A stretch of DNA of 64,000 bases, from positions 241,926,001 to 241,990,000 of the forward strand of contig NC_086097.1 in assembly GCF_963921235.1 (NCBI RefSeq), in the 5' to 3' direction. How positions within the stretch are numbered: the first letter of the stretch is position 1; every line of letters starts with the position of its first letter. A program made the position numbers and the translations under genes. This document shows, one piece after another, positions 50,204 through 63,653 of this stretch. This DNA comes from Mobula hypostoma. Lineage: Eukaryota. The notes beneath the pieces are model-generated. The model was not told where the DNA came from and did not search any database. It was given only the letters and a program-made list of their open reading frames with translations.

Positions 50204-51010
50204 CAGGTCCACAATCCCTTATCTGAAATTCTGAAATCTGAAAAGCTCCAAAAACCAAAGTTTTTTTCCATGGAGTGTTTCGTAATAAGGTTTGTTTGGC
50301 GCACCAACAACTGACGTCACACAGGCGTGACATGGCAGCACTAGCAGAGGCTGCCATAAGTCAGTTGTGGATCAGCGCTGGTACTGGTTACACGTGCATT
50401 TGCTGTTTGCTGATATTTTGTGTTCACTGTTGACCTTGTTTAATTTCGCTGTGAAAATGTCAAAAAGATCTGCAGATACCACTATGGGTAAGAATGAGAA
50501 AAAGAGAAGGAAGCATCTATCATTATCAATAACGCAGAAAATATTCAGAGGTTTGGCTGCAGAAATTTAAGAAGTGTCATGGTATAAAATATCTGAAAAT
50601 CTGTGGTGAAAAAGCTTCTGCTGATCATGAAGCAGCTGAAAATTACATTGATGAATTTGCCAAGATAATATCTGATGAAAACCTTAGTCCTGAACAAATT
50701 TACAATGCTGATGAAACAGCTTTGTATTGGCGCTACGTTCCTAGAAAAACATGAACAACGGCTGATGACGACATGGTGAAAATGTGTGATCAGTTCATTG
50801 CTGGCCTTGAACAATGTGCATTTATCAGTGAGCAAGAGATTATGGTAGTTTACTCAGTTAAAGGGAGATTGCTTAGACATAAACCTATGTTAATGAGACA
50901 GATGACACTTGAAGAAGTTTTTAAAAACACTGTCTGTCGTAGTGCTGCTTCATAACTTGAGAATCCTGTTCCTGGCCCATCAGGTACCTGTACGTATTTA
51001 GCTTAGTTTG
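50204..51010 (+). mobile_element. Tigger/pogo (Jerky-like) internally deleted transposon in the RAD21 last intron
   Basis: CAGGTCCACAATCCCTTATC terminus; KRRKHLSLSITQK, GWLQKFK..HGI, QIYNADETALYW. Confidence 0.85.
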
Positions 51011-51279
51011 AACCTGTACATGTCCTAGAGTATTTACGTTCTACATTTATTCCAATAAGTCATTTACCATGTGCTTGACTCGGTTCGTTTGAAGTTGTAT
51101 ATTTTTATGTTTTATTGAATGTTTTTGTTGCAAATGAAATATACTAGTGTATTTATGGTCTATAATTATCCCACTATTTCATTTATCAGTATATTACTCT
51201 ATAAATAAATTGTAACAGTATTTTTAAAAGAGTGCGGATTGGGAAAACCCGGAAGCTCTCGCTCCAGCACTCGTCATTT

Positions 51280-51418
51280 GAGCATGCACAGACTTTTTTC
51301 TTGTCGTTATTCCCTAAACAATACAGTATAACAACTATTTTACATAGCATTTACATTGTATTAGGTATTACAAGTAACCTAGAGATGATTTGAAGTATAC
51401 AGGAGGATGTGCATAGGT
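51280..51418. mobile_element. MER2/Tigger-like internal fragment
   Basis: TTATTCCCTAAACAATACAGTATAACAACTATTT..CATAGCATTTACATTGTATTAGGTATT resembles mammalian MER2 as recalled. Confidence 0.7.
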
Positions 51419-51637
51419 CCGGAGCTCCCCCAGGTCCTAAAGTTCACCACACTAAGACAGGTTAATTATCAATTTTCAGAAATTGTATTGGGAATGTTGG
51501 AGAAAACCAGAGCAACCAGAGGATACTTGAGCAAACCTGCAAATTACGCAGACTGCACCTGGGGTCACAAGTTAACCTGAGCCCTGGAGCTAAGAGAGGA
51601 CAACACAAACCACTACACTAATGTGTCACTATACTCA

Positions 51638-52275
51638 GGCTACATCCACAGTAGACCGGACAATTTTGAAAATGCCGGTTTCGCGTAAAAACGGGTATTT
51701 GGACATATCTCCTCCTACTGGGCATGCGTAGGACACACAGAAAACAAGCGAAGAGGAAATGGTATACTTGTGGCGCGTTTGTCCAGTTACAGACTAGAAA
51801 AACTTAAAAGGAAATCGCCAAACGAAAGACTTGGTGCGCGTTTGTCCAGAAACATTTCCTAGTCTCTTCACCAATGAAAGGGACGACAGCTACCACTAAA
51901 TGCAATAAGGCTTGTTACTGGGCAAAAGTGAAATTTGCTGTTACCTCATTTGTTTGCCTTTACTTTTGCCATGATTTTGTATTATTTTGCTGTATTTAAC
52001 ATGTGCAATAAAACAAGTTACTGGGCAAAAGTGAAAATTGCACCTATTGAATGTTTGCACAAGCAATACGTTAATAAAGCACCTTGTTAAATGTATAAAA
52101 CATGACTGCATCAGTGTTATCTTGTATTTCCATACAATGTTACATTAGGCTATTACATATCTATTGTCAGATATTCTGGTTGTGGTATTGGAGGTTGCGT
52201 TCAAGAAAACAATGAAATGCCATGCTGCCACCACCATTTGTTAAGGCACGTCATGACAGCGGTTTTAAAATTAGC
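51638..52275. mobile_element. PIF/Harbinger-like non-autonomous element (right end truncated)
   Basis: GGCTACATCCACAGTAGACCGG..TTTTGAAAATGCCGG terminus; partial inverted counterpart near 52260. Confidence 0.45.
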
Positions 52276-54004
52276 TGCCCAACCTGCTGAGCTCCTCCAG
52301 CGTGCTGTGAGTGTTACTGTCAATCAACGCCTCTCAATAAACCTTTATCAGATCTCCCCTTCAACCTCTGCCACTCCAAGTGATATTTAGATTCTATATA
52401 TAGTGCTTCCTCCACTTTGGTATCAACAACAAAGCATGACACTCATGCAGTTCCCTGCTACAAGGAGTGAATTGTTGTAATTTTGGGCTTTCACTGGATT
52501 ACATTGAGTCCAATATAAAAATGCATTACAAGCAGCAAAAATGACAATAGCAGCAATAGTAACTTAAGAACTTTTTCTTGCATTTGCAGGTTGGCTCTGA
52601 TAACTTTCAAAAAAGCTTGTAATTGAATACTTACGTATCCAGTCATAGAGTTATCTGTTATAGCTTTCACTAAGGTTACAAATTTTTTTTTGTAACACAA
52701 GGATACTTTATTATAAAAAATCTTTGTTTAACCAAAAAGCTGCAGTTAAATTTACCTAGTGCACCCTATCAAAATGGATTTCATCCCTGCGAAGACTTAG
52801 AGCTCTTGGGTAAACAATTAAACAGCACTGAACACAGCAGAACTTAATATCTAATGCCCATAATACACACAAAAAATCCAGAACTTCTTGAGTTTCAATG
52901 GAGGGCTAGACAGTGTATGCACATTAATTCAGCCATTAGTTAATCAGGGACAGCCACTTATTTGGGACAACTCTTAAAGAACACCAGTCGAGAAAATAGC
53001 TGGGATTCTCTTAGTTATTTGGGACACTGTCACTTAATTGGGACTGGAGACTGTTGCCAAACTGTTGCTAATTAGCGTCAGTTGTGTGCACTTGTGTGGC
53101 CATCAGACAGTACACCGTACTTACAGCAAACAGTTTTTAAATTGCTTCAGCCGGGTGTGTTTGTATTCAAATAGCAGTGATCTTTGTCACCGAAAGTTTG
53201 TGAGAAATAAGCAGTAAGACAATTCAAGGACTGTTTTGCTCACTGCAGTTTCAAGCAGTCAGGCTTGGAAATGCCAGAAACAGCTGAGAGTGAAAATGAA
53301 ACTATTTAATTACTTCAACAAATTAGGAAACTCAAAGAATTTAAACGTTACCATTGCCTGCCCTAGCATGACTCAGCGGATGAGATCTACAGTGATAACA
53401 AATGGCCATGAAGGTGGTTCTGAAGAAGTCTTGATGAAGGACCTCAGCCCAACTGCTTATTTCCTGCAGAGCTCCTCCAGCATTTTGTGTGTGCTGCTTG
53501 AAAATCTTAATAACTTCTAATATTCTTCCTAAAGCTTGTTGTTTAGAATTGAACAATTGTTCAAATGCCTTTCTTTTGTCAGATAATTCTGTATCTCTAG
53601 AAGCCTTCCAAACATCTAATGAAAAAGGTCAAATTTCAGTCCAAAAGATGCCATCTAATAATTAATCATCTAAAACAAGAGAAAATCTGCAGATGCTGGA
53701 AATCTAAGCCACACACTTAAAATGCTGGAGGAACTCAGCAGGCCGTGCAGCATCTATGGAAAAATGTAAAGTCTAAGTTTCAGGCCAAAACCCTTTGGCA
53801 AAATGTAATCATCCAACTCCAGTTTTACTCCATGTATTCTAATTGGCTGAAAACATTTAACAGTTTGTCTTGACATCTCTTACTGTATTAACTTTGAGTG
53901 AATCACAGCTTAACACCTGAATCATTTTATACAATTTAACTGCTCAAATCGCTACCGAACATTCCGTAGTCCTTTATTTCTAAATTACATATTAATCAAC
54001 TTAC

Positions 54005-54088
54005 CTGTAGTCCATGAAGCATTTGTTGAGTTCTCTTATTCCACCGCCTTTCTTCCTGATCCTGTTCACCTCCAACCGTTTCCTCTTC
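54005..54088 (-). CDS. RAD21: RAD21 exon (exon 13 equivalent)
   Basis: [28 protein letters not shown]; 84 nt; GTAAG donor. Confidence 0.96.
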
Positions 54089-55292
54089 CTGAGAGCAAAA
54101 CAGTTTTATGACTTAGCGATTACATTTTAAGTATGGAAGAAGAAACATCAATAACCCAAGCTTCATCCAAAAGGCCTTAATAAAGACTTTCATTAAATAA
54201 TAACACTATCAAGTATTCAAGTCGCCTAAATATATGAATTATGAATTGCTCAACAGATTTTCAAAGATAAACGATTTGCAGATTTACTTTGGGTTATGGC
54301 CAAGTTTTGTTTTAACCAAGCTACAACTTTCATCATTAATTTTTATATTTGCACAGACAGATCAGCAAACCAGTTCATATCATTCTGTTTGAACTCTTCA
54401 TAGAACTTTCCATAATTTATTATTCGCCTCCATTAAAATAAAATGAAGATCACTTTGTTGATCAAATCTATGTCCTTTTTCATTACATTATTACCCCTGT
54501 GGTAAGAAATTTTGATAGTGAAAACTAATGGAAAAAGCAGAATAAATCCTCAAATCCAGCGTCTTATTGCTCCCAATCGTAGTTCATTATTTCTGCCAAC
54601 TTGAAAGCTCCCAAATGAATCTTTGAAATGGTCAATCAATACTTCCAGATATACTGGAGACATTTTAATTGAGTTTTGTTAAGAGTAAGCTTTGGGGAAG
54701 ATAAATAAGGAACTGCATCTGATTTTGTCTCCTCCCACACTACTGTTTTCTTTCCCCAAGATAGCAAAATGTCTTTGGACCATAGTCTCACTTAAGCAAC
54801 CAATCTCAGTATCTGACAAACAGGGTTACTATAGGTGAACTGAATCAACTCCCACTTGATATTATGTGCTCACTGATTAACGTGAGCCTCAGGAGTTTGT
54901 TTTTAAATCTTTGATACAAGGATGCTCAGAAGAATTATACCGAGATCAGCAAGCTCAAATAGCCCGAGGAAAAGGAGATTCCTTAGCTTTGTACCCTACC
55001 ATTTAACCTTAAAATGTTTGAAGCACTGAGATGTGTTATTCTAGCAACTTCCCGCTTTCACATAAAGTATGTTACAATATTTGTGGGAAAAAGTAATGTA
55101 TAATTTTCGATGGTCTAATTTTGAAGAGATGGACCAACAGCCGGCTTCACTCTTGTACAAGTCTGTGACATATAGCCCATATATTTATCACTATACAAAA
55201 GATCTGCTTCAGGATTTAAATCATTCGCTTCAGGGAAAAAAAAGTGTGAAAAGATGATTTTCCTGTGGCTTAGAAGCAAATAGCTGACCCAC

Positions 55293-55448
55293 CTCCTCCT
55301 CTTCCTCTTCATCTTTTTCTTTTTTCTCTGGCAGAACTGCAAGTTCTGGGACAAGGTCAGTGATGTGCAATTGTTCCTCCGGAGGAAGCTCTACAGCTGG
55401 AATCTGCAGTTCCTGTTCTTGTTGCTGTGGCTGTTGTTGCTCTTCTTG
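55293..55448 (-). CDS. RAD21: RAD21 exon (exon 12 equivalent)
   Basis: QEEQQQPQQQEQELQIPAVELPPEEQLHITDLVPELAVLPEKKEKDEEEEEE; CAG acceptor, GTGGGT donor; 156 nt, phase 0. Confidence 0.9.
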
Positions 55449-55664
55449 CTGCAGAGAGGTTCATAACCACCATTAGAAATGGGAAACACAAATCTCCAAA
55501 AGCAATGTCACATGACACTAAGTTATATTGAACTAAATCATAAGCTGTTTGACTTCAAACTGTACACTAATTTTTCAATATAACTTTTTAAAATTATACT
55601 TATTAACACTGATAATGAGCAAAAATACTTTATTTAAAAAAACATTTTAAATGTGTACACTTAC

Positions 55665-55810
55665 TGGTAATGGAGGCTCAGGTTCCATTTCCTTTGATTT
55701 ACGCTTGGCAATTCTCTGTGGTGGTGGCATGATTGACTCATCTAATGCAGTCCTACTGCTCTCTAATATAGATTCTTGCAGGCGACTGGGCTCTTCCAAG
55801 ATGGGTTCAT
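55665..55810 (-). CDS. RAD21: RAD21 exon (exon 11 equivalent)
   Basis: [48 protein letters not shown]; second separase site EPSR; GTAAGT donor. Confidence 0.95.
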
Positions 55811-56204
55811 CTAGATTCCAAAAAACACTAAATACTTTAACATACTTATTTTGCCAGACAAATTCAATTCCATGTTGTAGCTGTCTTCTTAAAGCATTGA
55901 CAGTATATAAAAGTATAAATTGAAACATGGTGACAATGCTGTATTAAGTACGATAGTAGCAAGGAACTCAACTTTAAGCCATCAAAAATCATCTGAGATC
56001 ATGGAAAGGATATCAATCATGGTTATTGTGCAGATCCTGACTTTGCCATTAGCAGGAGCACAATTAATTTATTCACTGCCTCATTTCTTCAAGGGATTTA
56101 CCTAAACCTGGACTGAAAACTGAATTCTTTTAAAAGTATTCGCCCCTGGTGAAACAGGATTTTTTGATACTAAATCCCAGCATCCAAAAGACAAATTATA
56201 AATT

Positions 56205-56672
56205 TTGCACTACCTACAGAGGAGATTTACCAGGATGCTGCCTGGTTTAGAGAGTATGCATTATGATCAGAGATTAAGGGAGCTAGTTCTTTACTCTTTG
56301 GAGAGAAGGAGGAAGAGAGGAGAAATGATAGAGATATACAAGATATTAAGAGGAATTGATAGAGTGGACAGCCAGCACCTCTTCCCCAGGGGCACCACTG
56401 CTCAAGACAAGAGGACATGGCTTTAAGGTAAGGGGTGGAAAGTTCAAGGGGGATAATAGAGGAAGGTTTTTTACTCAGAGAGTGGTTGGTGTGTGGAATA
56501 CACTGCCTGAGTCAGTGGTGGAGGCAGATATACTAGTGAAATTTAAGAGACTACTAGACAGGTATATGGAGGAATTTAAGGTGAGGGGTTATATGGGAGG
56601 CAGGGTTTATGGGTCGGCACAAGATAGTGGGCAGAAGGACCTGTACTGTGCTGTACTATTCTATGTTCTATT
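56205..56672 (+). mobile_element. CR1 3' fragment in a RAD21 intron
   Basis: QRRFTRMLPGL, TRGHGFK, FFTQRVV; (TTCTATG)n tail. Confidence 0.9.
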
Positions 56673-57101
56673 AAAATATGAATACAACGGGCAAATAAAA
56701 CTCCAAAAGGACAAAATTTGTAATATTCTTAGTACTAGATGGGCATCACGGACAAGACTACTTATCGCCTTGTACATGCTCCAACATTTAAGAAAATTAA
56801 CCTCATAAATTGCTGATTACTTTTACCCAGTGTCCTCAAATGTATATCTGTTAACAAAAAAAAATTCAAACTGAGCTAGTATTAATTATCATTTGAAAAT
56901 AGATCATTCTGTAGTTACTGCAGTCGAATTTACCTTTCTTGAAAGTGGTCGAGATTAAGCTATGACTAAATTACATTTATAATACTGAATACTGGCAGAT
57001 TACCGTAAACAATTGAGAGAGAGAGATATAGATGATTTTTGGGAAATTATGCAATTGAATTAGAGATACCCAATCTCTCGAAGAGTAGCAACAATTCCTA
57101 C

Positions 57102-57264
57102 CAATTACATCACGCTGCTGCTGTTGTTGTGGCTGCTGCTCTTCCCTTGGCACCTCTGGATTTTCAATCTCTTTCAGGAACTGCTCCAAATTGTCTGCCT
57201 CACCTCCCTTTCTCTTTTTTCTCAGCTCATCTGGTACAATTGGAGTGAGGCAACGTGTGAACAG
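57102..57264 (-). CDS. RAD21: RAD21 exon (exon 10 equivalent)
   Basis: [57 protein letters not shown] acceptor, GTAGGA donor. Confidence 0.96.
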
Positions 57265-58307
57265 CTAAGCAGAAATGAAGAGGATTATAAGTAACACGAT
57301 AAACAACAAATAATCTCAAAAGGCACGAAGTCATACAACCACCATACCTTGTATTATCAAATATAAACACAAAACTGTATAAAATTAGATTGCCTGCTAA
57401 CCAAAGTAATTTAGTGGTAGAAACTAGTGTTGCAGTCCCAATGTGAATTATATTAAATAATCAAAATATAGTATAAAAATTCAACTTTAGAAATTGAACA
57501 TCAACATCAATATCTCTAACCTGGTAATTTCTCACCCCTTCATTCTGGTTTCCCTCTCACCCCTTCAATTCTCCTCAGCTGCCTATCACCTCCCCCTGGT
57601 GCCCATCCACCTCCATTTCTCCCAGGGTCCACTCTCCCCAATCAAGATTCCTTCACCTTTTGCCCTTTTACCTATCCCCTCCACCTCCCCAAGCTTCTTA
57701 CTTCAATTCCCACCTCTTCACCCACCTACCTTCCCCCTCACCTGGCTTCACCTATCACCTTCTATCTTGTACTCCTTCCCCCATCTCCCTGCCACCTTCT
57801 TATTCCATTTTCTTCCCCCATCCCCCTAGAAAGTCCTGATTTGCACTCTCAGCCCAAAACATCAACTCTTTATTCCTTTCCATAGATCATGCAGAGTTTC
57901 TCCGGTATCTTGTATGTGTTACTCTGGATTTCCAGCAACTGCAGAATCTCATGTTCATAACTTTAGAGATAATTTTAAATAAAGTTTTTAATCTGGTTTT
58001 AAAAAAAGGGGGCAGGGTGGAGACACATCTCGACCTCCTTCTCGCCACTTGCCTACAGGTAACCCATGGGAGCAGGTGGTGGTGCATATCGCAATTCCTG
58101 GTTAAACGACCACTGATGCCAGGCAGACAGCTTCTGAAGGATATTGATAATGGATGTGATCACCCGTTTTGCAAAGACACTGGCAAGAACAAGGTGATAG
58201 CAAACAACTTCTGAAGAAATACAATCATGATCATGGAAAGCCCATGATCGCCCACATCACAATGATGATATTGATGGGGGGGATCACTAATTATTATAAA
58301 CATGCTA

Positions 58308-58580
<273 letters not shown>

Positions 58581-58754
58581 TCACCCCAAATTTATCAATT
58601 TATTTAAAATACTTAGCAATTGAGAAAACTACATATATATTTTGTTTGTGTAAGTAACCAGAGCCATTCTCTTACAGCCAGAATAAAAAAAGGAGGGTAT
58701 GCAAGGGAACTCAGGCTGGGGAACTGAATATACTCAGAATGCAAGACGTTGAAG

Positions 58755-59290
58755 AAAAATTCTGAGTAAATTTATATATCAATGTATGCATATGTCACCA
58801 TACACTACCTTGAAAATCACTCTTGCAGGCGTTCATAAAAGAATTAATACAACAGAAACAATGAAAAGCTACAAACAATCCGCAAAAGACAAACTGCGCA
58901 ATTTTCTTTAAAAAGTAATAAATAATACTGAGAACATGAGATGTAGAGCCCTTGAAAGTGAGTCCATAGGTTGTGGAATCAGTTTAAAGCTTAGATGAGT
59001 AAAGTTATCCACGGTCATTTTTGGAGCCTAATTGTTAAAGGGTAATAACTGTTCCAGAACCTGGTGGTATGGGACCCAAGTTTCCAGTAGGTCCTTCCCA
59101 ATGGCAGGAGTGAGAAGAAAACATGACCTAGACGGTGGGGGTCCTTGATGATGCTTTTGCACAGCAGTGTCCATGTAAATGTGCTCAATGGTCAGGAGGG
59201 CTTTGCCTGTGATGAACTGGGCTATGTCCACCGCTTTCAGATAGTTTTCCATTCACGGCCACTGATGCTTCCATACTAGGTCATGATAAG
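58755..59290 (-). mobile_element. Rex1/Babar 3' fragment; related copy at about 47085-47460
   Basis: KAVDIAQFITGKALLTIEHIY motif and shared 3' UTR. Confidence 0.65.
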
Positions 59291-59695
59291 ATTGAAAAAT
59301 GGCATAGCATAGATCTGATAATAAATACTGGCATCAGGACAGTAGCAAGAAAGACTAATATGTAAATCACTTTGGGTGACAAAAACACAGAAAAGAAACC
59401 CTTGCCAAGTGTAGTCATTGACCATTCAAACAGCAGCCATGCCGTTAAGCAAACTATCATGAAATAATGAGCACCTATAACTAATCCAATGTGACAATCA
59501 TATGTGACTTAAGAGTTCTTAAAGACTTGGTGAAGGTAACCTTGGAGAAGAAAGGAAGAACACATTCAAGAGCTTGACTGGCAAGCTAAATGAAACATCT
59601 GCCTGTGAGTTCCGGCCTGCTTTATACACGAGTTTGTAAAGTCCTCATTTCGATATTTGATCATGGCTCCGAAGTAAAACTCAAAAAAAGCTTAC

Positions 59696-59818
59696 CAGTT
59701 ATATCAATTGGTTCCAATGCAAATGCTTCCTCTTCATTTGGTACCAATGTTGTCTGATCAGTCATGGTTGGAAGAGGTTCAACAGGATCATCAGAGTCTG
59801 GACTGTCAGGCCCGCCGA
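59696..59818 (-). CDS. RAD21: RAD21 exon (exon 8 equivalent)
   Basis: [40 protein letters not shown] (caspase site DSPD); GTAAG donor. Confidence 0.96.
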
Positions 59819-59946
59819 CTGTTTTAAAGTAAATTTGAGATGTTATTTTACCATCCATAAATGTAATGCTCATAGAACTTTGATACAAAGCAACTCAAAT
59901 TCAGTTTATGCATCCTACAAGGATTACAGGAGTTTCAAATACTCAC

Positions 59947-60069
59947 TGGACATGACATCATCTTCATCATCATTATGGACAGGTTCTTCCGGCATCAGTA
60001 CTCCACCATCTGTTAACACTGGTGGATCATCAAAGATACCACCATCATTGTGACTTAAAAGTTTATCAT
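59947..60069 (-). CDS. RAD21: RAD21 exon (exon 7 equivalent)
   Basis: [43 protein letters not shown] acceptor, GTGAGT donor. Confidence 0.94.
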
Positions 60070-60712
60070 CTGGAAAGTAAAATGTTTTTGTTAAATATTT
60101 ATGAAAATAAGCAGAAAGAGCTACAGTATTGACACTATTCTAAGCTAACACAGCAGCAAAGTTTGGAGATTCACAAATTATCTTTTAAGGTGTAAAGATA
60201 AGTTGTTAGTTAAAAAGGCACATTGGACCATCTTGGCCTTAAGGCACAAAAACAAGGAAGTTATATGAAGACTTATAGATTATTTGAAATGCTATAAATC
60301 GTTTCCTTGAAACTTTAGGGAAGAAATCAAGGGCTCAGGCAATATTTATTAGAAATAAACCACAAGAAGGTGTAGTTATGTGTTACTACCTTATGAGAAA
60401 TTAAGGCCAAGAGACTTACTAACTGAACACCTTAATGAAAGGATTGAGTAAATATGGAGAAACAGATTTGCCTAGTTAGAGGAGCAGTAATGAAAAGGAA
60501 AAAAATTATATTTGTTTCTATATTTAACATGCCATTCATATGTGAAAATTCTGATAAGAAGCCATACTGTTTAAGAAAATTCAAGTATACACACAAAAGC
60601 TCTATAAGGTGAAATTCTAAATAAACAGAAGATTTTTTTTGAAAACACTTGACAGCACTCACATTTTAATTACTTTACTGCTCTAGAATTGTGTGTAGTA
60701 AGTAAAACATAC

Positions 60713-60919
60713 CAAGAATTCCACCATCAATACCATCCCCAAATCCATCATTTTTGAGGGGATCATCATACGCCAGATGGTTACTTTTCTCAGCCAGCTG
60801 AGATGTGGTGTTCTGTACTGGCTCCAACAACAGATTGGAATCACTAGTGCTTCCCATTATATCTTCTTCAAATGTGCTTCCTTCTCGCATAATCTCTCGG
60901 TCATCTACTCCAAAGTCAC
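60713..60919 (-). CDS. RAD21: RAD21 exon (human exon 6 equivalent)
   Basis: [19 protein letters not shown]...NHLAYDD...DGGIL; contains separase site EIMR; AAG acceptor, GTATGT donor. Confidence 0.95.
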
Positions 60920-62760
60920 CTTTAAATAAGACATAAATTCCACATCAGCAACAAATTGTGTTATCCACCAGATGTCAAGCATATTAAAACAAAACTTTTG
61001 TTAAGCAGAAATGGTTCTGATGCTACATTTTGACTTTGTTCAATTTTTAATGTTGTAATAATGCAAGAATTAAACAGAGTGCCATACATAGTTCCAGCAA
61101 CAGGCAGTGCCATTCCTAAGCCCATTCCTAAGAACTGTCCATTTCCAGATTCGCTTGTTTTAATTATTGCCCATAATCAAACTAATGGAATATCTAATGT
61201 ATCCAGTCATTAATGATTACCATGAAACATTATTACCATATTAAGATGCTTTGAGAATGTATGGGAGAACTTGCATAAAATCAATTTCATAAACTGGGAA
61301 GCCAATGTACATTATATAATACTCAGAAGTATTTATATAGTGGATTTCAGCTAACATGGGCAACCTCTTTTTTGGAAGAACTCTTACAGATCAGAAAGTA
61401 ATCGAGAAAATAGCCAAGCTTCCCTTCATTTATTTGGGACACTATGTCGCTTAATTGGGACAGGAGACTCTTGCTGAACAGGTTCGAGAGCATGCACTGT
61501 GTGGCCTCGCCCATCCCTAGGTGCCCTTGTCCTTACATGGGAAGCAGGGTTTAAGGGTCAGCACAACATTGTGGGCCGAACGGCTTGTACTGTTCTATGT
61601 TCTAAATGGCCCATTAAGTATGCTCCACCATTCCATCATGGCTGATTTATTTTCCAACTCAACCCCATTCTTTTCCCCGTAACCTTTGATGCCCTTACTA
61701 CTTCCACTTTAAATATACCTGATAACTTGGACTCCACAACTATTTATGGCAATGAATTCCAGAGACTTGTCGCCCTATGGCTAAAGAAATCCCCCCTCAT
61801 CTCTATTCTAAAGGGACATCGCTCTTTTCTGAGGTCGTGCCTTCCTAGGTTCCCCAACTACAGGGAATTTATCTTCACATCCACTATCTAGGCCTTTGAA
61901 AATTCAATCGGTTTCAATGAGATCCCTCCTCATTCTTCTAACTGCACAAAGTACAGGCCCAGAGCCATCAAATGCTCCTCATACATTAACCCTTTCTTTC
62001 CAAGGATCATTTTCATAAAACAATACCAGCGCATCATTCCTCAAAACAGCTCACAAAATTAGATATGGAGCCCAAAACAGAAGATACTGAATTAACGCAA
62101 ACACAAGAAAATCTACAGATGCTGGAAATTTAAGCAACACACACACACACACACGGCCTGCTGCGTTCCACCAGCATTTTGTGAATACTGAATTAAATAA
62201 AGTTTTACTGAAAAAACTGTCTGGTTGGGACCAAGAGAAGGAATCTGGAAGAGGCAATGGATATGGGTAACATAAGGAAGCGAGGGTAGATTGCGATTAG
62301 CTAAAGAATTTCTAGCTCAGCCGTTTTGTTTTAACCCATTCATTTGTTTGGATATGGGCATTACTGCTAAGCCCAGAATTTACTGCATACCCCAGCAGAA
62401 TGGAGATACATCTCTATTCAAGGCGTTAGGCACTACTCCCCTCCACTAGCCTGCATGTAACCCTTGGGCAAGGTGTAGCATCTGTTTAGCCTCCCAATCA
62501 GGGTCATGTGAAACCCAGGGAGCAGGTGTTGAACAGTCAGATGAGCAGCTGGTACATATTACAAGTCCTGGTTATGCAACCACAGATGTCAGGCAGACAG
62601 TCTCTGAAGAGTACTGATAATGGGTGGGGTCACTCATCTTGTAAAAATAACTTTGCCATATCAAATTTGTTCAGGCCTTTTAACATTCGGAATGTTTCTA
62701 TGAGATTCCCCCCTCATTCTCCTGAACTCCAGGGAATACAGCCCAAGAGCTGCCAGACAT

Positions 62761-63653
62761 AGAAACATAGAAAATAGGTGCAGGAGTAGGCCATTCAGCC
62801 CTTCGAGCCTGCACTGCCATTCAGTATGATCATGGCTGATCATCCAACTCAGAACCCTATACATGCCTTCTCTCCATACCCCGATCCCTTTAGCCACAAG
62901 AGCCATATCTAACTCCCTCTTAAATATAGCCAATGAACTGGCCTCAACTGTTTCCTGTGGCAGAGAATTCCAGATTCACCACTCTCTGTGTGAAGAAGTT
63001 TTTCCTCATCTCGGTCCTAAAAGGCTTCCCCTTTATCATTAAACTGTGACCCCTCGTTCTGGACTTCCCCAACATCGGGAACAATCTTCCTGCATCTAGC
63101 CTGTCCAACCCCTTTAGAATTTGATACGTTTCAATAAGATCTCCCCTCAATCTTCTAAATTCCAGCGAGTATAAGCCTACTCGATCCAGTCTTTCATCAT
63201 ATGTAAGTCCTGCCATCCCAGGAATCAATCTGGTGAAACTTCTTTGTACTCTCTCTATGGTAAGAATGTCTTTCCTCAGATTAGGGGACCAAAACTGCAC
63301 ACAATACTCCAGGTATGGTCTCACCAAGGCCTTGTACAACTGCAGTAGTACCTCCCTGCTCCTGTACTCGAATCCTCTTGCTATGAATGCCAGCATACCA
63401 TTCGCCTTTTTCACTGCCTGCTGTACCTGCATGCCCACTTTCAATGACTGGTATATAATGACACCCGGGTCTCGTTGCACCTCCCCTTTTCCTAATCGGC
63501 CACCATTCAGATAATAATCTGTTTTCCTGTTCTTGCCACCAAAGTGGATAACATCACATTTATCCACATTAAATTGCATCTGCCATGAATTTGCCCACTC
63601 ACCTAACCTATCCAAGTCATCCTGCATCCTCTTAGCATCCTCCTCACAGCTAA
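62761..63653 (-). mobile_element. Young 5'-truncated CR1 inserted in an older CR1 (62660-64000)
   Basis: 227-aa uninterrupted RT C-terminus (WQMQFNVDKC..LVRPYLEYCVQFWSP..RLRGDLIE); TSD CAGAC(A/G)T. Confidence 0.9.

Noticed and set aside
50459..50955. JRK/JRKL/TIGD host gene
   Set aside because: Internally deleted and frameshifted fragments next to a Tigger terminus.
62944..63627. 227-aa ORF on the RAD21 strand as a RAD21 exon
   Set aside because: It is a CR1 RT C-terminus with a 3' UTR and TSD.
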